Positions 20,324 through 30,270 of a stretch of 64,000 nucleotides of DNA are shown here, one piece after another. Under the pieces are notes generated by a model. The model made no database searches and was not told the origin of the DNA. It worked only from the letters and a program-made list of their open reading frames with translations. The stretch covers positions 928,001-992,000 of the forward strand of contig CBDFMQ010000002.1 in assembly GCA_965249725.1 (NCBI GenBank). Direction: 5' to 3'. The stretch is from Longimicrobiales bacterium. Lineage in GTDB: Bacteria; Gemmatimonadota; Gemmatimonadetes; Longimicrobiales; Gaopeijiaceae. How positions within the stretch are numbered: the stretch's first letter is position 1; each line of letters opens with the position of its first letter. A program made the position numbers and the translations under genes.

Positions 20324-22048
20324 TTAGAGCTCCATGGCTCTTATACCGCCGATCCGGCGAACCAACAGTAAGCAGACAAAGATTAATGCCGTTTGAATCA
20401 GCGAGAGGGCCGCCACACGCGTGAACGAACTACCGACCCATAAATCAAACACCTGAACCGATAGAACCATCGTCCTGCTGTTCACTAGCAGCGCGGATGC
20501 GGACAGCTCCTTGATCATGGAGATGAATAACAGAGTCCAACCGGCCCACAAGCCGGGCTTCAAGAGAGGCAGCGTAATGGTGCGCAGGACACGGGACCAC
20601 TTCGCTCCGCACACGCTCGCACACTCCTCCAGGTTGGGATCGATCTGAACCAGATTGGCCCCCACGGCCCTGATTCCATATGGAAGGAAGACGGTGATAT
20701 ATGCGATCAGGACGATCCAGATCGTTCCGTACATGGGTATATAAGAGACGCGGATCCATGCCCACAGAAGCCCCAGGGAAAACACTATTCCCGGTATGGC
20801 GATTGGCACCATCGCTATATATTCGAGGAGCTTGCGACCCCTCAGTTTGGTGCGATGAACAATCCACGCGACGGCACAGCAGAGGACCAAGGCGAGGGTC
20901 GCTCCGCCGAATGCAAGACCGATCGTGTTCCGAATGGAAACCTTGGTGGTAGATAGTTCAAAGAGAACATATCGATAGTTTTCCAACGTATAGACGGCCC
21001 CGCTTAGAGTGCTGGTGACAAACTTGAGAAGCGATGTAAACACGATGGCACCCATTGGAAGAACGACCACAACCGCGACAAAGCCGAAACCGAAGATGAA
21101 AAGTGGCCATTTCCATGCCCCCACGTCCAAGAGCTTCGGGCGGAAGCCACGTCCCGTCACGGTAACGTAGCTACGCGTTCCCAAGACCTTGAACTGGAGG
21201 TAGACGCCGACGACAGTAACCAGAAACAGCGAGAGACCCATTGCTGCGGCGGCTCCATAGTTCGGCAGGAAGCCCGCAACATGCTGGTACATACGAGTCG
21301 TGAGCACTAGATAGCCGTGCGGCATGCCTAAGACGGCAGGAACGCCGAATTGGCCAATTGACAGAACGAACACCAATAGGGAGCTTCCGACGATGGCCGG
21401 CTTGATCAGAGGGAGTGTGATCTTGAGCGCCGTCTTTAGATTTCCCCCGCCCAGTATCTTGGAACCTTCCTCGAGGGCTGGGTCCATTGACCGCAAGGCC
21501 CCTGCAACAAACAGGTATGAGAAAGGGACATAATAAATTCCTGTCACAAATATGATGCCCCAAGGGGTATAGACGTTCAGCGGCCCTTCATCGAGGCCAA
21601 AAGTCGACGCGATTATGTTATTTAACAGCCCACCTCTGCCAGGCGAGGCCAGAATCGCCCAACCGACCGCCCCAAGCAGTGGCGTAATAAAGAACGGGAC
21701 AAGAACGAGCTTGTCGAGGGCACCGCGCCAAAGGATATTGGTCCGCGTTGTGATCCAAGCGAGACAGACTCCAAGCACCACTACCACCACGGTTGACCCA
21801 ACACCGACAACCGCGCTGTTGCGCACCAACTCCATCTCGCTGAAAAGTGCGGCGTAGCCCTGAAAGGCGTCCGCGCCGCTCCCGGTGACTGCCCTCTCGC
21901 CCAGAAAGCTCCCAATCACGAGCCACGCGAGCGGATAGAGGACTAAGAACGTCACCACACCCGCCACGACACTGAGGATTACCCCTTTGGTGGAGACTCG
22001 GCCTCTCAAGGATGCGAGCCACCGCCCTGGCGCAGGTGTTGTCGTCAT
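20324..22048 (-). CDS. ABC transporter permease (FbpB-like, two-domain)
   Basis: About 12 TM helices; two EAA-like loops (DPALEEGS, DPNLEECA). Confidence 0.92.
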   Translation of the reverse strand: MTTTPAPGRWLASLRGRVSTKGVILSVVAGVVTFLVLYPLAWLVIGSFLGERAVTGSGADAFQGYAALFSEMELVRNSAVVGVGSTVVVVVLGVCLAWITTRTNILWRGALDKLVLVPFFITPLLGAVGWAILASPGRGGLLNNIIASTFGLDEGPLNVYTPWGIIFVTGIYYVPFSYLFVAGALRSMDPALEEGSKILGGGNLKTALKITLPLIKPAIVGSSLLVFVLSIGQFGVPAVLGMPHGYLVLTTRMYQHVAGFLPNYGAAAAMGLSLFLVTVVGVYLQFKVLGTRSYVTVTGRGFRPKLLDVGAWKWPLFIFGFGFVAVVVVLPMGAIVFTSLLKFVTSTLSGAVYTLENYRYVLFELSTTKVSIRNTIGLAFGGATLALVLCCAVAWIVHRTKLRGRKLLEYIAMVPIAIPGIVFSLGLLWAWIRVSYIPMYGTIWIVLIAYITVFLPYGIRAVGANLVQIDPNLEECASVCGAKWSRVLRTITLPLLKPGLWAGWTLLFISMIKELSASALLVNSRTMVLSVQVFDLWVGSSFTRVAALSLIQTALIFVCLLLVRRIGGIRAMEL

Positions 22049-22075
22049 CCTCAGTGTCGGGCTATTTACGTGTGC

Positions 22076-23149
22076 TTAAGAACCCGTGATTTTTCTCCAC
22101 GCCTCGATGAACTCCTTTTTCGTGTTTACGAAGCTCCGAAACGAGTCAGGCGGAATCGAGTTGATCTCCGAGAAGGGGGGATTCCCAGCCGGTGTCGGAG
22201 CGTCGGGCCGCCCCGAATAGTCACCAATGCCCTCGACCACAACTTTTTGCCCCTCGAGCGACAACGCCCAATCGACAAATAGGCGAGCGGCGTTCGGATG
22301 GGGAGCGGTTCTCATGACGGCAATGGGCTGAACGGCGATCGGAATTCCTTCCGCCGGATATACTCCCTTGAAGGGGGCTCCCTGGGCCACTTGATAGGAG
22401 GCGATGTGATAGCTGTAGGCCATACCAGCGATCAACATCTCGTTCCGGAGCACCGCTTCGATCGTCTGTGGAGGACCAGCGTACGCAGAGGGGTTATTCT
22501 TAGCGACATCATCCCAGAAATCATTGCCCATGATCTTGCGCAATACGTACCACTCGACGTGCTGGGTGCCGGTTGTACCGTCCTGGAATGCAACCTTGCC
22601 CTTGAATGCAGGATCCCTCAAGGCATTCCAGCTCGTTGGTGCTTTATCAGCGCTGAGAGTCTCTGGGTTGTAACCCAGTAACAGAGCAGTCAGCCGCCAC
22701 GCAGTCCACATCCCCGGATTCTTGAGTCCATCGGAGTAAATATCCTGCTCGGGCGTATAGAACTTGGCAAACCATTTTTCGTCGTTCATGGCGAGGAACT
22801 GACCGACATCCCCACTCTGAAATACGTCCGCCCTATATATCCCCGCCGCCACTTCTGACTCTAGTTGAGCTTGAAGGCGACCAGCTGAGTTGCGTGTCCA
22901 CTCACTCACATCGATAAACGGGTACTTCTCACTGAATGCCTTCAAGGCCTTGACAACGAGACCCTCCGGCGCAGCCGTGTACCACACGAGCTTTCCCTCC
23001 GCCCGAGCGGCTTCAATAAGGGCGTCGCGATCGAAAGCCATGGCAAGGGCGTCGCGATCGAAAGCCATGGCAGTTCCGATAGGTAGCCATACCAGCAGCG
23101 CTACCAGCATCAGTATGCTTTTTCGGACAGGAAATAACATGTTCCTCAT
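22076..23149 (-). CDS. ABC transporter substrate-binding protein (Fe3+/thiamine-like family)
   Basis: Signal peptide; AARAEGKLVWY, APTSW..L.DP.FKGK, APHPNAARLFVDW.LS.EGQ. Confidence 0.9.
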   Translation of the reverse strand: MRNMLFPVRKSILMLVALLVWLPIGTAMAFDRDALAMAFDRDALIEAARAEGKLVWYTAAPEGLVVKALKAFSEKYPFIDVSEWTRNSAGRLQAQLESEVAAGIYRADVFQSGDVGQFLAMNDEKWFAKFYTPEQDIYSDGLKNPGMWTAWRLTALLLGYNPETLSADKAPTSWNALRDPAFKGKVAFQDGTTGTQHVEWYVLRKIMGNDFWDDVAKNNPSAYAGPPQTIEAVLRNEMLIAGMAYSYHIASYQVAQGAPFKGVYPAEGIPIAVQPIAVMRTAPHPNAARLFVDWALSLEGQKVVVEGIGDYSGRPDAPTPAGNPPFSEINSIPPDSFRSFVNTKKEFIEAWRKITGS

Positions 23150-23513
23150 TTGTAAATCCTCCCTGTCATCTAGATTTTCAGTTCAACACCTTTTTTACCG
23201 AAACCTCAGTTTAGCGTCGCCGGACGCCTATAGCGCGTGCCATCGCCGTTCCGATTCTGTAGCAGATCGGCCGGATCGAAAATGCTGAAGATGCTGACTG
23301 AGCACCGATCTTCGATGTCGTGACCGATCGGCCGCTAGTCCTGGTAGACGCTCTTCCGCCGCCCGTGCCTGGTAGTAAGTCACTGACTCTAAGACCTAAT
23401 CTGAGCGATTTTGGTGGTGGCGAGAAGACACCCTTTGGGCTAAGTTACTGGTGTCAAAGAAGTTAGGGCCAGTGACGGCTGGCGCCGCCCTCAACCCAAA
23501 GGCTGTAAACTCA

Positions 23514-23684
23514 TCATGGCCAATTCGCTCTCCTCACGCAATACCGCCCGACCTCGTTTCGATGGTGTTGAGGTTCAGCCTCGGTGATCCTACCGTTTCG
23601 AGGGGACTCCGGCGCGGCGGGAGGTAGTACACTGCAACCGAGCAGGGGAAACGAGACAACAGCGACTAGGACAATCGAGCGCAT
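23514..23684 (-). CDS. Small lipoprotein or gene remnant
   Basis: GAGGTGA RBS then MRSIVLVAVVSFPLLGC lipobox; only 56 aa. Confidence 0.4.
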   Translation of the reverse strand: MRSIVLVAVVSFPLLGCSVLPPAAPESPRNGRITEAEPQHHRNEVGRYCVRRANWP

Positions 23685-23727
23685 GGGCTCACCTCTCGTC
23701 TGACTGGAGCGCATCGACGAAGCAATC

Positions 23728-23761
23728 ACGCGCAGCCAAGGGACCTGACGGCTCAATTCGG
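23728..23761. repeat. Kinase 3'-flank repeat, copy 1 (acgcgcagccaagggacctgacgg.tcaattcgg)
   Basis: Near-identical to 25950-25992 and 36415-36460; the latter directly follows the kinase-2 stop. Confidence 0.88.
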
Positions 23762-24109
23762 CCCAGAATCCATCGAGCGTGGGGACCGTGTTGGGATGTA
23801 AACCTGATCCCCACCTGTATTCGGACACCCGCGATAGGAGTAGCTGTAGACCACTCCCCTCTGATCCACGGAAAATGTCCTTTGGCAGCTCACGGTCTGC
23901 CCGTTTGGCTGATACCAAGGGTCTACCCACGTGTACACCCTCCCACCGTTCGGAAGGGATGCCCGAGCGTCCGGCGCCCCCCACGATGCGATCAGCCGGC
24001 TTTCCTGAAAACCTATCCAGCTTTCCATGTCCTTCTTCAGCGCTGAAGCACACGAAATCTGTAGCAGACAGACGGCACACGCCAAAAGGATTCCGAGTCG
24101 GTGTCGCAT
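23753..24109 (-). CDS. Hypothetical lipoprotein
   Basis: GAGGA RBS; QISC lipobox; SWIG..ES.LIASWGAP motif. Its stop lies inside the kinase 3'-flank repeat. Confidence 0.7.
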   Translation of the reverse strand: MRHRLGILLACAVCLLQISCASALKKDMESWIGFQESRLIASWGAPDARASLPNGGRVYTWVDPWYQPNGQTVSCQRTFSVDQRGVVYSYSYRGCPNTGGDQVYIPTRSPRSMDSGPN

Positions 24110-24134
24110 CGTGTGTTCCTCTCTATGAATCACG

Positions 24135-24184
24135 TTCTCAAGCTATGGGTAATGCTGAGGTTGGGCGATGGCTGGTTGGGACGG
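24135..24184. repeat. Intergenic linker repeat R40, copy 1 (ctcaagctatgggtRatgctgaggttgggcgatggctgg)
   Basis: Five same-orientation copies at 24135, 25220, 25567, 34417 and 40557. Confidence 0.92.
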
Positions 24185-24251
24185 CGCGATCACAAGGCTC
24201 CCCGCCCATCCAATAAGAGCGAAGACTACAGGGCATCATCCTGGGCTGTGG

Positions 24252-24827
24252 CTAGAATCTTATTGAAAGCACGAGTGCAAACCCACCGTCCAACTGCGGG
24301 CCAATGGTCACGCGCAGTCGTTTGAGGGGGACTTCCTCCCAGCGATCGGTCTCCATATGGTGGCCGGCGATCCCACCCACCAGGGCGCCCCCTGCGCCAA
24401 AGATGAGGGCCATGATTGGGGTAAGATCATCATCAAAGAGTTGGCACCCATACTCATCCACAGCCTTGCAATATATGATGGTCCCAACCCCCCCCGCAGC
24501 GAGGCCGATGCCAGCGCCCAACGCAGTATGCGACGTCCGCCCCCGGCTCACATCGAGACGCGTTACGGAGGCCAGGGGACATTCAGTGGTATCGAGGACG
24601 AGCGTGCCAGCGCGGAGCGCCCGATACCTTGTCACCTGCTCGCGAAGCCCACAGCCCGGAGCCGTCACCCGTACACGCGAACCGGGTTCAAGTACCAACC
24701 GCCCTTGGCCGGCGATCTCGGTCGGAGCGCCTCCGAAGATACAGATGAAAACGACGAGGATGGAGCATCCAGAACCCAAGACGGCCCGTTTCTTCACTCG
24801 CCATTTTGGCAGTGCGCACTTCTGCAT
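24252..24827 (-). CDS. Hypothetical exported/membrane protein
   Basis: AAGGAG RBS; GSRVRVT..LDVSRG and Gly-rich hydrophobic hairpin. Confidence 0.7.
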   Translation of the reverse strand: MQKCALPKWRVKKRAVLGSGCSILVVFICIFGGAPTEIAGQGRLVLEPGSRVRVTAPGCGLREQVTRYRALRAGTLVLDTTECPLASVTRLDVSRGRTSHTALGAGIGLAAGGVGTIIYCKAVDEYGCQLFDDDLTPIMALIFGAGGALVGGIAGHHMETDRWEEVPLKRLRVTIGPQLDGGFALVLSIRF

Positions 24828-25219
24828 CTGATCTCCTTCCGTGACGCATGAGTGTCAAAAGGGAAGATGCGTCCAACAGGCTGCCTACTTGATACGTCGT
24901 ATTACTTAGTGGATGGGCGCTGGGTACGTAGATCCCATGATGCTGGCCTACTCCACGATCACCCGTCTCACAGTCTCACTACAAAACGGCATCGGCAACT
25001 GCCCAGGCTCATCCGTCTCCACCTCGACTCCTCATGCTCCTGCATCCTGCTCAGGAACCAATCGTGGGCTTCGTGAGCAGAGTGGATGCCGTAGGTCGGG
25101 GAGAGTCTGAACGTTACCTCCGTGGGGTCCATGCTGCTGCCTGGATACTCGCAGCGGATCGTGAGCCGAGGAGTGCGAATCTGCCGCTCGGTTGAGCCCT
25201 CAATGTCCCACGAGTACAT

Positions 25220-25262
25220 GCCCATGCGCTCAAGCTATGGGTGATGCTGAGGTTGGGCGATG
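25220..25262. repeat. R40 linker, copy 2
   Basis: gcccatgcgctcaagctatgggtgatgctgaggttgggcgatg. Confidence 0.9.
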
Positions 25263-25267
25263 TGACG

Positions 25268-25528
25268 TTAGGGTTCCAACTCTCCTCGGGTGTCATCGGG
25301 ATCAGTGACAATCTGTTGGACCTGTTGGACTACTCGCCTCGCGCTCAAGACACGACCGAGGACACGGTTACCGAGGGCCATCAACCCCATGATGCCGACG
25401 ACCAAACCCACGAGATTGTTGAACGCAAATAACAACACGACAGCGACGATCAACCACCGCCACCGAGCCGCCACCCAATTCACCAGGATTTCGTTCCAGT
25501 CTCGTGATTCCTCACCTGAGATTGTCAT
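25268..25528 (-). CDS. Small membrane protein
   Basis: GGGGAG RBS; two hydrophobic helices; flanked by R40 copies. Confidence 0.65.
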   Translation of the reverse strand: MTISGEESRDWNEILVNWVAARWRWLIVAVVLLFAFNNLVGLVVGIMGLMALGNRVLGRVLSARRVVQQVQQIVTDPDDTRGELEP

Positions 25529-25566
25529 GATCTCGGGTTCACTCCCCTTTCAGAGCCGACGATCAA

Positions 25567-25616
25567 TTCTCAAGCTATGGGTGATGCTGAGGTTGGGCGA
25601 TGGCTGGATGGGACGG
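25567..25616. repeat. R40 linker, copy 3
   Basis: ttctcaagctatgggtgatgctgaggttgggcgatggctggatgggacgg. Confidence 0.92.
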
Positions 25617-25623
25617 ATGCGGC

Positions 25624-25941
25624 TTATTTCGCCAACTCAGGGAAGAGCGGCGGCAAATCACTGATCTGGGACCAGCCCTCGTTCCTTTGGACAGACGTGA
25701 TGCGGAGGTCGTCAAAGTACTCGTCAAGTACTGCCGCACGTTCCTGTGCGAGTGGTGGAGAACAATAGTCCTCTTCCTCCCAGACCACTGCGCCGTCAGG
25801 GCGCCTGCGGGCACCACGCAGCGAGAAGGTGACGGAGGCACCGAAGGGGCGCATCGGAAGGAACTCGTCCTTCCCCAAACGCTCCGCAAGCTCTGCGAGT
25901 CGCTCTTCCCTAGCGACCGCTTCAACCAAGTAGTACGGCAC
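25624..25941 (-). CDS. Conserved hypothetical protein (WEEEDYCSPPL motif)
   Basis: Protein-like 105 aa ORF filling the gap between two repeats. Confidence 0.7.
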   Translation of the reverse strand: MPYYLVEAVAREERLAELAERLGKDEFLPMRPFGASVTFSLRGARRRPDGAVVWEEEDYCSPPLAQERAAVLDEYFDDLRITSVQRNEGWSQISDLPPLFPELAK

Positions 25942-25949
25942 CCGTAGCC

Positions 25950-26079
25950 CCTTCCACGAAGACGCGCAGCCAAGGGACCTGACGGTTCAATTAGGCACCC
26001 GCTCCTTCAAGTCTTCGAGAGATTTCTGGACGAGAACATATCGGGGCAGTACGTCACCCTGTCCTTCGTCCCCGGGGTG
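25950..26079 (-). pseudogene. Orphan C-terminal tail of a Ser/Thr kinase gene plus its 3' flank
   Basis: Minus-strand 26079-25987 reads ...RYVLVQKSLEDLKERVPN*, versus VQNFFEELKERVPN* in the intact kinases; followed by the same 3' flank as kinase 2. Confidence 0.85.
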
Positions 26080-27291
26080 TCATCCTCCAAGACGCACCTC
26101 TCCGTTCTCTATCCCGCCCACTGTTCCGCTCCGTAGCCACTCAAGCGACGCGTTGAATAGGAGTATCCGGTTCGTCTCCCACATCGCGTCGTGGGAGGAG
26201 CAGGCCAGGTACAGGGGCACCTTATTCGAAGAACCAAGGTCCTCGTAGAGCTCCTTGACCCGTGTAGGCGGCACTGACACGTCGGTCTCCGGCGCGACCA
26301 AGAGCATTGGTGTGCGCTGACGAGCAACCTCGTTGGACGACCAGCCCCAGATGGTCACAGATGGAGCTCTTCGTACGCCGCTACCCCACGTCGCCCCCAC
26401 CGGGTCGGACGCGAGCATCTCGGTCCACACCGACTCTCTCACTGCTGGCTCGAACTGGTTCGGGCATCCGAGTTGTCTGTCCCATCCCGCGACGAAGTCC
26501 GCCTTGGACTGTTTCCGCATGGCCGGTCCCGCGACCGGCAGGTTCTCAGGGGCCTCCGCCTTCCGGTTGCGATCGTAAGCCGGTGAAAGGAGGATAACCG
26601 AGGCAACCTTGGCGGGGTGTCGGGCCGCATAGCCTCCGGCACGTGGGCCTCCCAGCGACCATGCCGTGAGGTGCACGCGGTCCACACCTCGGAGCTCACG
26701 CACGTAGTCGACAACCGCGTCGAGATCGTGCCAGTCCGACTCGATCGTGGTTGTGGCGAAACCGTAGCTTGGCTCACAAGCCTCAGGAATCAGCGTCGGT
26801 ATGAACTCCGCCTGATCGCTCTCCGACATGTTGCACGGATCGTTCATCGCAGGAGGGCGAGTCGATCGACCATAGCCTGTCATGTCCATCGAGAAGGCGT
26901 CGTAGCCGGCGTTGGCGAGAAAGGCCATCCAGCTCGCTCCGGGTGGGTCGAAAGCGACCTCGGCCGGGGTACCGGCCCCGTGCACAAAGATGACGACCCG
27001 ACCCTTGAGACTCCTCGATCTGAGTGCGATCCCGGACAGGACCCGTTCACGAACGTAGAGCTGCGCGACCTCGCCGTTCATCGAAGGGGCCTTGGAGATG
27101 ACCGGGACGTAGTGGTCCACAGTGAGAGGATCAGTTTCTGCCGGAGGTGTGATCTGCCCCCCTGCGTTGGACGGCATCGCAAGCCCCGACACGACGCCAA
27201 TAAGCAAAGCCACTAACACCAATGTGAGGCTCCCTCGTGAATCACCGCCTGACCACGAAGCGGGGATGTAAAAAGGAAGTGAACTCCGCAC
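26080..27291 (-). CDS. Secreted alpha/beta hydrolase
   Basis: FVHGAG, DMTGYGRS, AWSLGG nucleophile elbow, SSH catalytic His. Confidence 0.85.
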   Translation of the reverse strand: MRSSLPFYIPASWSGGDSRGSLTLVLVALLIGVVSGLAMPSNAGGQITPPAETDPLTVDHYVPVISKAPSMNGEVAQLYVRERVLSGIALRSRSLKGRVVIFVHGAGTPAEVAFDPPGASWMAFLANAGYDAFSMDMTGYGRSTRPPAMNDPCNMSESDQAEFIPTLIPEACEPSYGFATTTIESDWHDLDAVVDYVRELRGVDRVHLTAWSLGGPRAGGYAARHPAKVASVILLSPAYDRNRKAEAPENLPVAGPAMRKQSKADFVAGWDRQLGCPNQFEPAVRESVWTEMLASDPVGATWGSGVRRAPSVTIWGWSSNEVARQRTPMLLVAPETDVSVPPTRVKELYEDLGSSNKVPLYLACSSHDAMWETNRILLFNASLEWLRSGTVGGIENGEVRLGG

Positions 27292-27370
27292 GATCAGACC
27301 TCTCTTTGGACAGGGGCCCCAGGACCCGACTCAACACATACTGCGTTCCAGGCGGGATACTGACTGGACA

Positions 27371-29989
27371 TCAGTTGGGCACCCGCTCCTTCAACTCCTC
27401 GAAGAAGTTCTGGACCCATATGAACTCACCGCTCGGGTCGCTATTCCTGATCATCAGAAACCTCTCACCATCCGCCGTAACGTCGTATGCGCGATGGTTG
27501 GACTCTCGGCGATACAAGTCTGTCGCGAAGAGCGTGCGGCGACGCAGGGCCGCAAACGTGGGGCTCGTCTGAACTTCCACCGCCACCATCTGCTCGTCTG
27601 CGTTTCTGTAGAAGATCTCGTTTCCAGCAGGTGACCAAAGCGGCTCGACTCCACCGTCCCTCGAGACGACCCAATCTTCATCACCGTCGGGAAATGGCCG
27701 GACGTGAATCTGATCTTGTCCAGTGGCATCGGACATGAAGACGAGCCACCGGCCGTCCGGCGACAGACTCGGGACCCTCTCATGCGCATCCGTAGCCAAC
27801 ATGGGATCGGGCACGCTGTCGATGCCGACTCGCATTCTAAGAATGTCCCGTGTGCCGCCTGAGAGACCGCCCCCTTTTCGGAAGACCAGCCAAGCACCAT
27901 CCCGAGACCAGAGTACCTCCTCGATTCCCTGGCTTCCGGCCGCCAACTCCACTGCGGCTCCACCTCCCACCGTCGATCTTACATAGGCATTTAGGTCGCC
28001 ACTCTGATCTGAGATGAACCCCACCGCTCGCCCATCTGGCCGCCAGGATGGTCTCCAGTTCAGACTCCCAACAGTCGTGAGACGCAAGAGCGGGCCACCC
28101 CCTAAGTCTCTGACCGAGACGTGTTCTTCACCCCTGTCCGAGATACTCACGGCGAGGCGCGTGCCGTCTGGAGACAAGGCCACTGTGCGAAAGGTCTCCA
28201 CCCAACCCGACTCCACCGGCTCGGCTGTACCGTCCCGTTTGATCCAGAACAGTTCGGCTAACTCGTTGGTGGAGTGGCTTCGATAAAGGAGGTGACCATC
28301 CGCCGACATGGCGAGCTGCATCGACCCAAACTGACCGAATTCAACACCACCGAATAGCACGGTCGGCGGCCCGTCCATCCTTAATTTATCCTGGTCAAAG
28401 CGGGCCGCCTCTAGCGTACCTTCAGAGGTGGCGTATATCAGATGGCCGGTCACCGCATACAAAGCCCGTACACCCGATACGAGGATCTGGTGTTGCCCTG
28501 TATCGAGATCGACCACCGCTATCTCGTTTCGCGAGACGTCTCCTCCATGCCTGACCGTGAACAACACACCCTTGCCGTTTGGAAGCGCATGCGGGAAGAC
28601 GTGTCTATTCTCACCGGATTGCAGCATGGTGACTTGCTCGGGCGGCACTCCGCCGGAGGATCTCACCCTGGCCAAACCCGTTAGCGATTCAACGTAAATA
28701 TTCTCGTCCGGTCCCCAGTCCACACGTCCGCCCGTCACATCCGTCACATCGAGATCGGCAATCTTGACCGGAGGAGCGCCGCCAAACGACACCACCAACA
28801 ACTCGTTGAGGGAATTAACGAAGGCGAGCTGCCGACCGTCAGGCGAGAAAGACAAAGTCTTCGCGCTCTCGGATCCCGGGATAGGCGATGCATTGAGCAA
28901 GTTCATCTCACGTTGCCACAGACGCTCAACACCGGCTTCGTCTCGGCCCACATAGGCAAGGCGGTCACCACTCGGCGAAATATCGAGAACCCTGACATCG
29001 ATTGGGAACGACAACCGATGACGCACGACCTGTGACTGATCCGGCGCTAGCCACCCCCATAGGGCGACACCAACAGCGACGATCAACGCTACTTCCAAGA
29101 CTCTTCGGCGGGGCTTGACCCCGTCGCGACCCGCCTGCGCCTCTCCATGCCTGAACGCAAGATCGCCCAGAGCCCTCGCGAACTCCTGGGACGACTTGAA
29201 CCGATCCGCTGGTAGCTTCTCCAACGCCTTTCGGATCGCTGAATCCACGTTGGCGGGGATCGACGCCCGCTTCTCCGTCGCCGAGATGTGTTTGGACGAA
29301 ATGATCTGGCCGAGAACAGCCTGAGCCGTGCTCCCCATGTAAGGCGGGTCGCCAGTCAGCATCTCGTACAGGACCGAGCCCAGCGCATAGGTGTCGGTGG
29401 ACGCGCCCACGAACTGATCGCCCGTGGCCTGTTCTGGGCTCATGTAGAACGGGGTGCCTAAGCTAAGGCCGGTCTCCGTCAAACGCCCTCCACCCGCAGC
29501 ACCCACAGCCAACGCGATGCCGAAGTCCGCGATCAAGGGTCGCCCCTCGTGCAGCATGATGTTGGCGGGCTTGATGTCGCGGTGGATGACCTTGTTGCGG
29601 TGCGCGTAGTCGAGCGCTTCGGCTAGGTCCGTGGTGATCTTCACCGCTTCGTCCACGGGGAGCTGATGCTCGCGGTCCAGTCTGTCCCTTAACGACTCGC
29701 CCTCAATGAAGGGCATCACGTAATAGAGGAACGTGTCGGCTTCGCCCGAGTCGTGGAGAGGCAGGATGTTCGGGTGAGTCAGGTTGGCAGTCGTCTTGAT
29801 CTCGGCGAGGAAGCGTTCGGCTCCAACCACTGCAGCCAGTTCGGGCTTCAGGACCTTCAGCGCCACCTTGCGCTCGTGCTTCAGGTCATCGGCAAAGTAG
29901 ACCGTAGCCATCCCACCTTCACCAAGCTCTCGCTCTATGGCGTAGCGGCCCTCTAGGGCTGCGTTCAGACGAGCGACTGGATCGGACAT
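27371..29989 (-). CDS. Ser/Thr protein kinase with TM segment and TolB/PD40-like beta-propeller (kinase 1)
   Basis: GEGGMATVY, VALK, HRDIKPAN, DFG, GTPFYMSPEQ; repeated SPDG motifs. Confidence 0.95.
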   Translation of the reverse strand: MSDPVARLNAALEGRYAIERELGEGGMATVYFADDLKHERKVALKVLKPELAAVVGAERFLAEIKTTANLTHPNILPLHDSGEADTFLYYVMPFIEGESLRDRLDREHQLPVDEAVKITTDLAEALDYAHRNKVIHRDIKPANIMLHEGRPLIADFGIALAVGAAGGGRLTETGLSLGTPFYMSPEQATGDQFVGASTDTYALGSVLYEMLTGDPPYMGSTAQAVLGQIISSKHISATEKRASIPANVDSAIRKALEKLPADRFKSSQEFARALGDLAFRHGEAQAGRDGVKPRRRVLEVALIVAVGVALWGWLAPDQSQVVRHRLSFPIDVRVLDISPSGDRLAYVGRDEAGVERLWQREMNLLNASPIPGSESAKTLSFSPDGRQLAFVNSLNELLVVSFGGAPPVKIADLDVTDVTGGRVDWGPDENIYVESLTGLARVRSSGGVPPEQVTMLQSGENRHVFPHALPNGKGVLFTVRHGGDVSRNEIAVVDLDTGQHQILVSGVRALYAVTGHLIYATSEGTLEAARFDQDKLRMDGPPTVLFGGVEFGQFGSMQLAMSADGHLLYRSHSTNELAELFWIKRDGTAEPVESGWVETFRTVALSPDGTRLAVSISDRGEEHVSVRDLGGGPLLRLTTVGSLNWRPSWRPDGRAVGFISDQSGDLNAYVRSTVGGGAAVELAAGSQGIEEVLWSRDGAWLVFRKGGGLSGGTRDILRMRVGIDSVPDPMLATDAHERVPSLSPDGRWLVFMSDATGQDQIHVRPFPDGDEDWVVSRDGGVEPLWSPAGNEIFYRNADEQMVAVEVQTSPTFAALRRRTLFATDLYRRESNHRAYDVTADGERFLMIRNSDPSGEFIWVQNFFEELKERVPN

Positions 29990-29991
29990 CG

Positions 29992-30270
29992 CTAGTAACT
30001 CATGTCCTCCACATCTTCCGAGAACCAGAACTCGGGCGGACTCTCCACACCTGCTTGGCCCATGGCGGCCTTCAGCGCCTCCGAGTTCGCATGGGCTCTT
30101 GCCGTGGCGATGTCGGGGAAGGCTTCCGTCACGACAACTAGATTCGGGTCGTCGGGATCGCGGTGCACTGTGGCGCGAGTACAGCCATCACCCTTCCGAT
30201 CATACTCGTCGTAGACCCGCTTCCAAGCCGTGTAGTCCTTTACCTTGTGCCGAATGAACAGGGTGACCAT
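29992..30270 (-). CDS. Small dimeric alpha+beta barrel (cyclase/ABM-like) protein
   Basis: HKVKDY.AWK..Y..., DPN.V, L..AM..AGV pattern; GAGGAGG RBS; ends 2 bp before the kinase 1 start. Confidence 0.75.
   Translation of the reverse strand: MVTLFIRHKVKDYTAWKRVYDEYDRKGDGCTRATVHRDPDDPNLVVVTEAFPDIATARAHANSEALKAAMGQAGVESPPEFWFSEDVEDMSY

Noticed and set aside
23376..23470. IHF-like or element-end motifs (taagtcactgac, taagttactgg)
   Set aside because: Too many mismatches to the consensus to support a call.
24135..25616. R40 copies as a CRISPR array
   Set aside because: Spacing is hundreds to thousands of bp and contains genes; no cas genes in the window.
27371..27382. Kinase 1 end GCCCAAC-TGA as an attC R'' site
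   Set aside because: Explained by codons for the conserved VPN terminus; kinase 2 has GCCGAAT and no attC follows.
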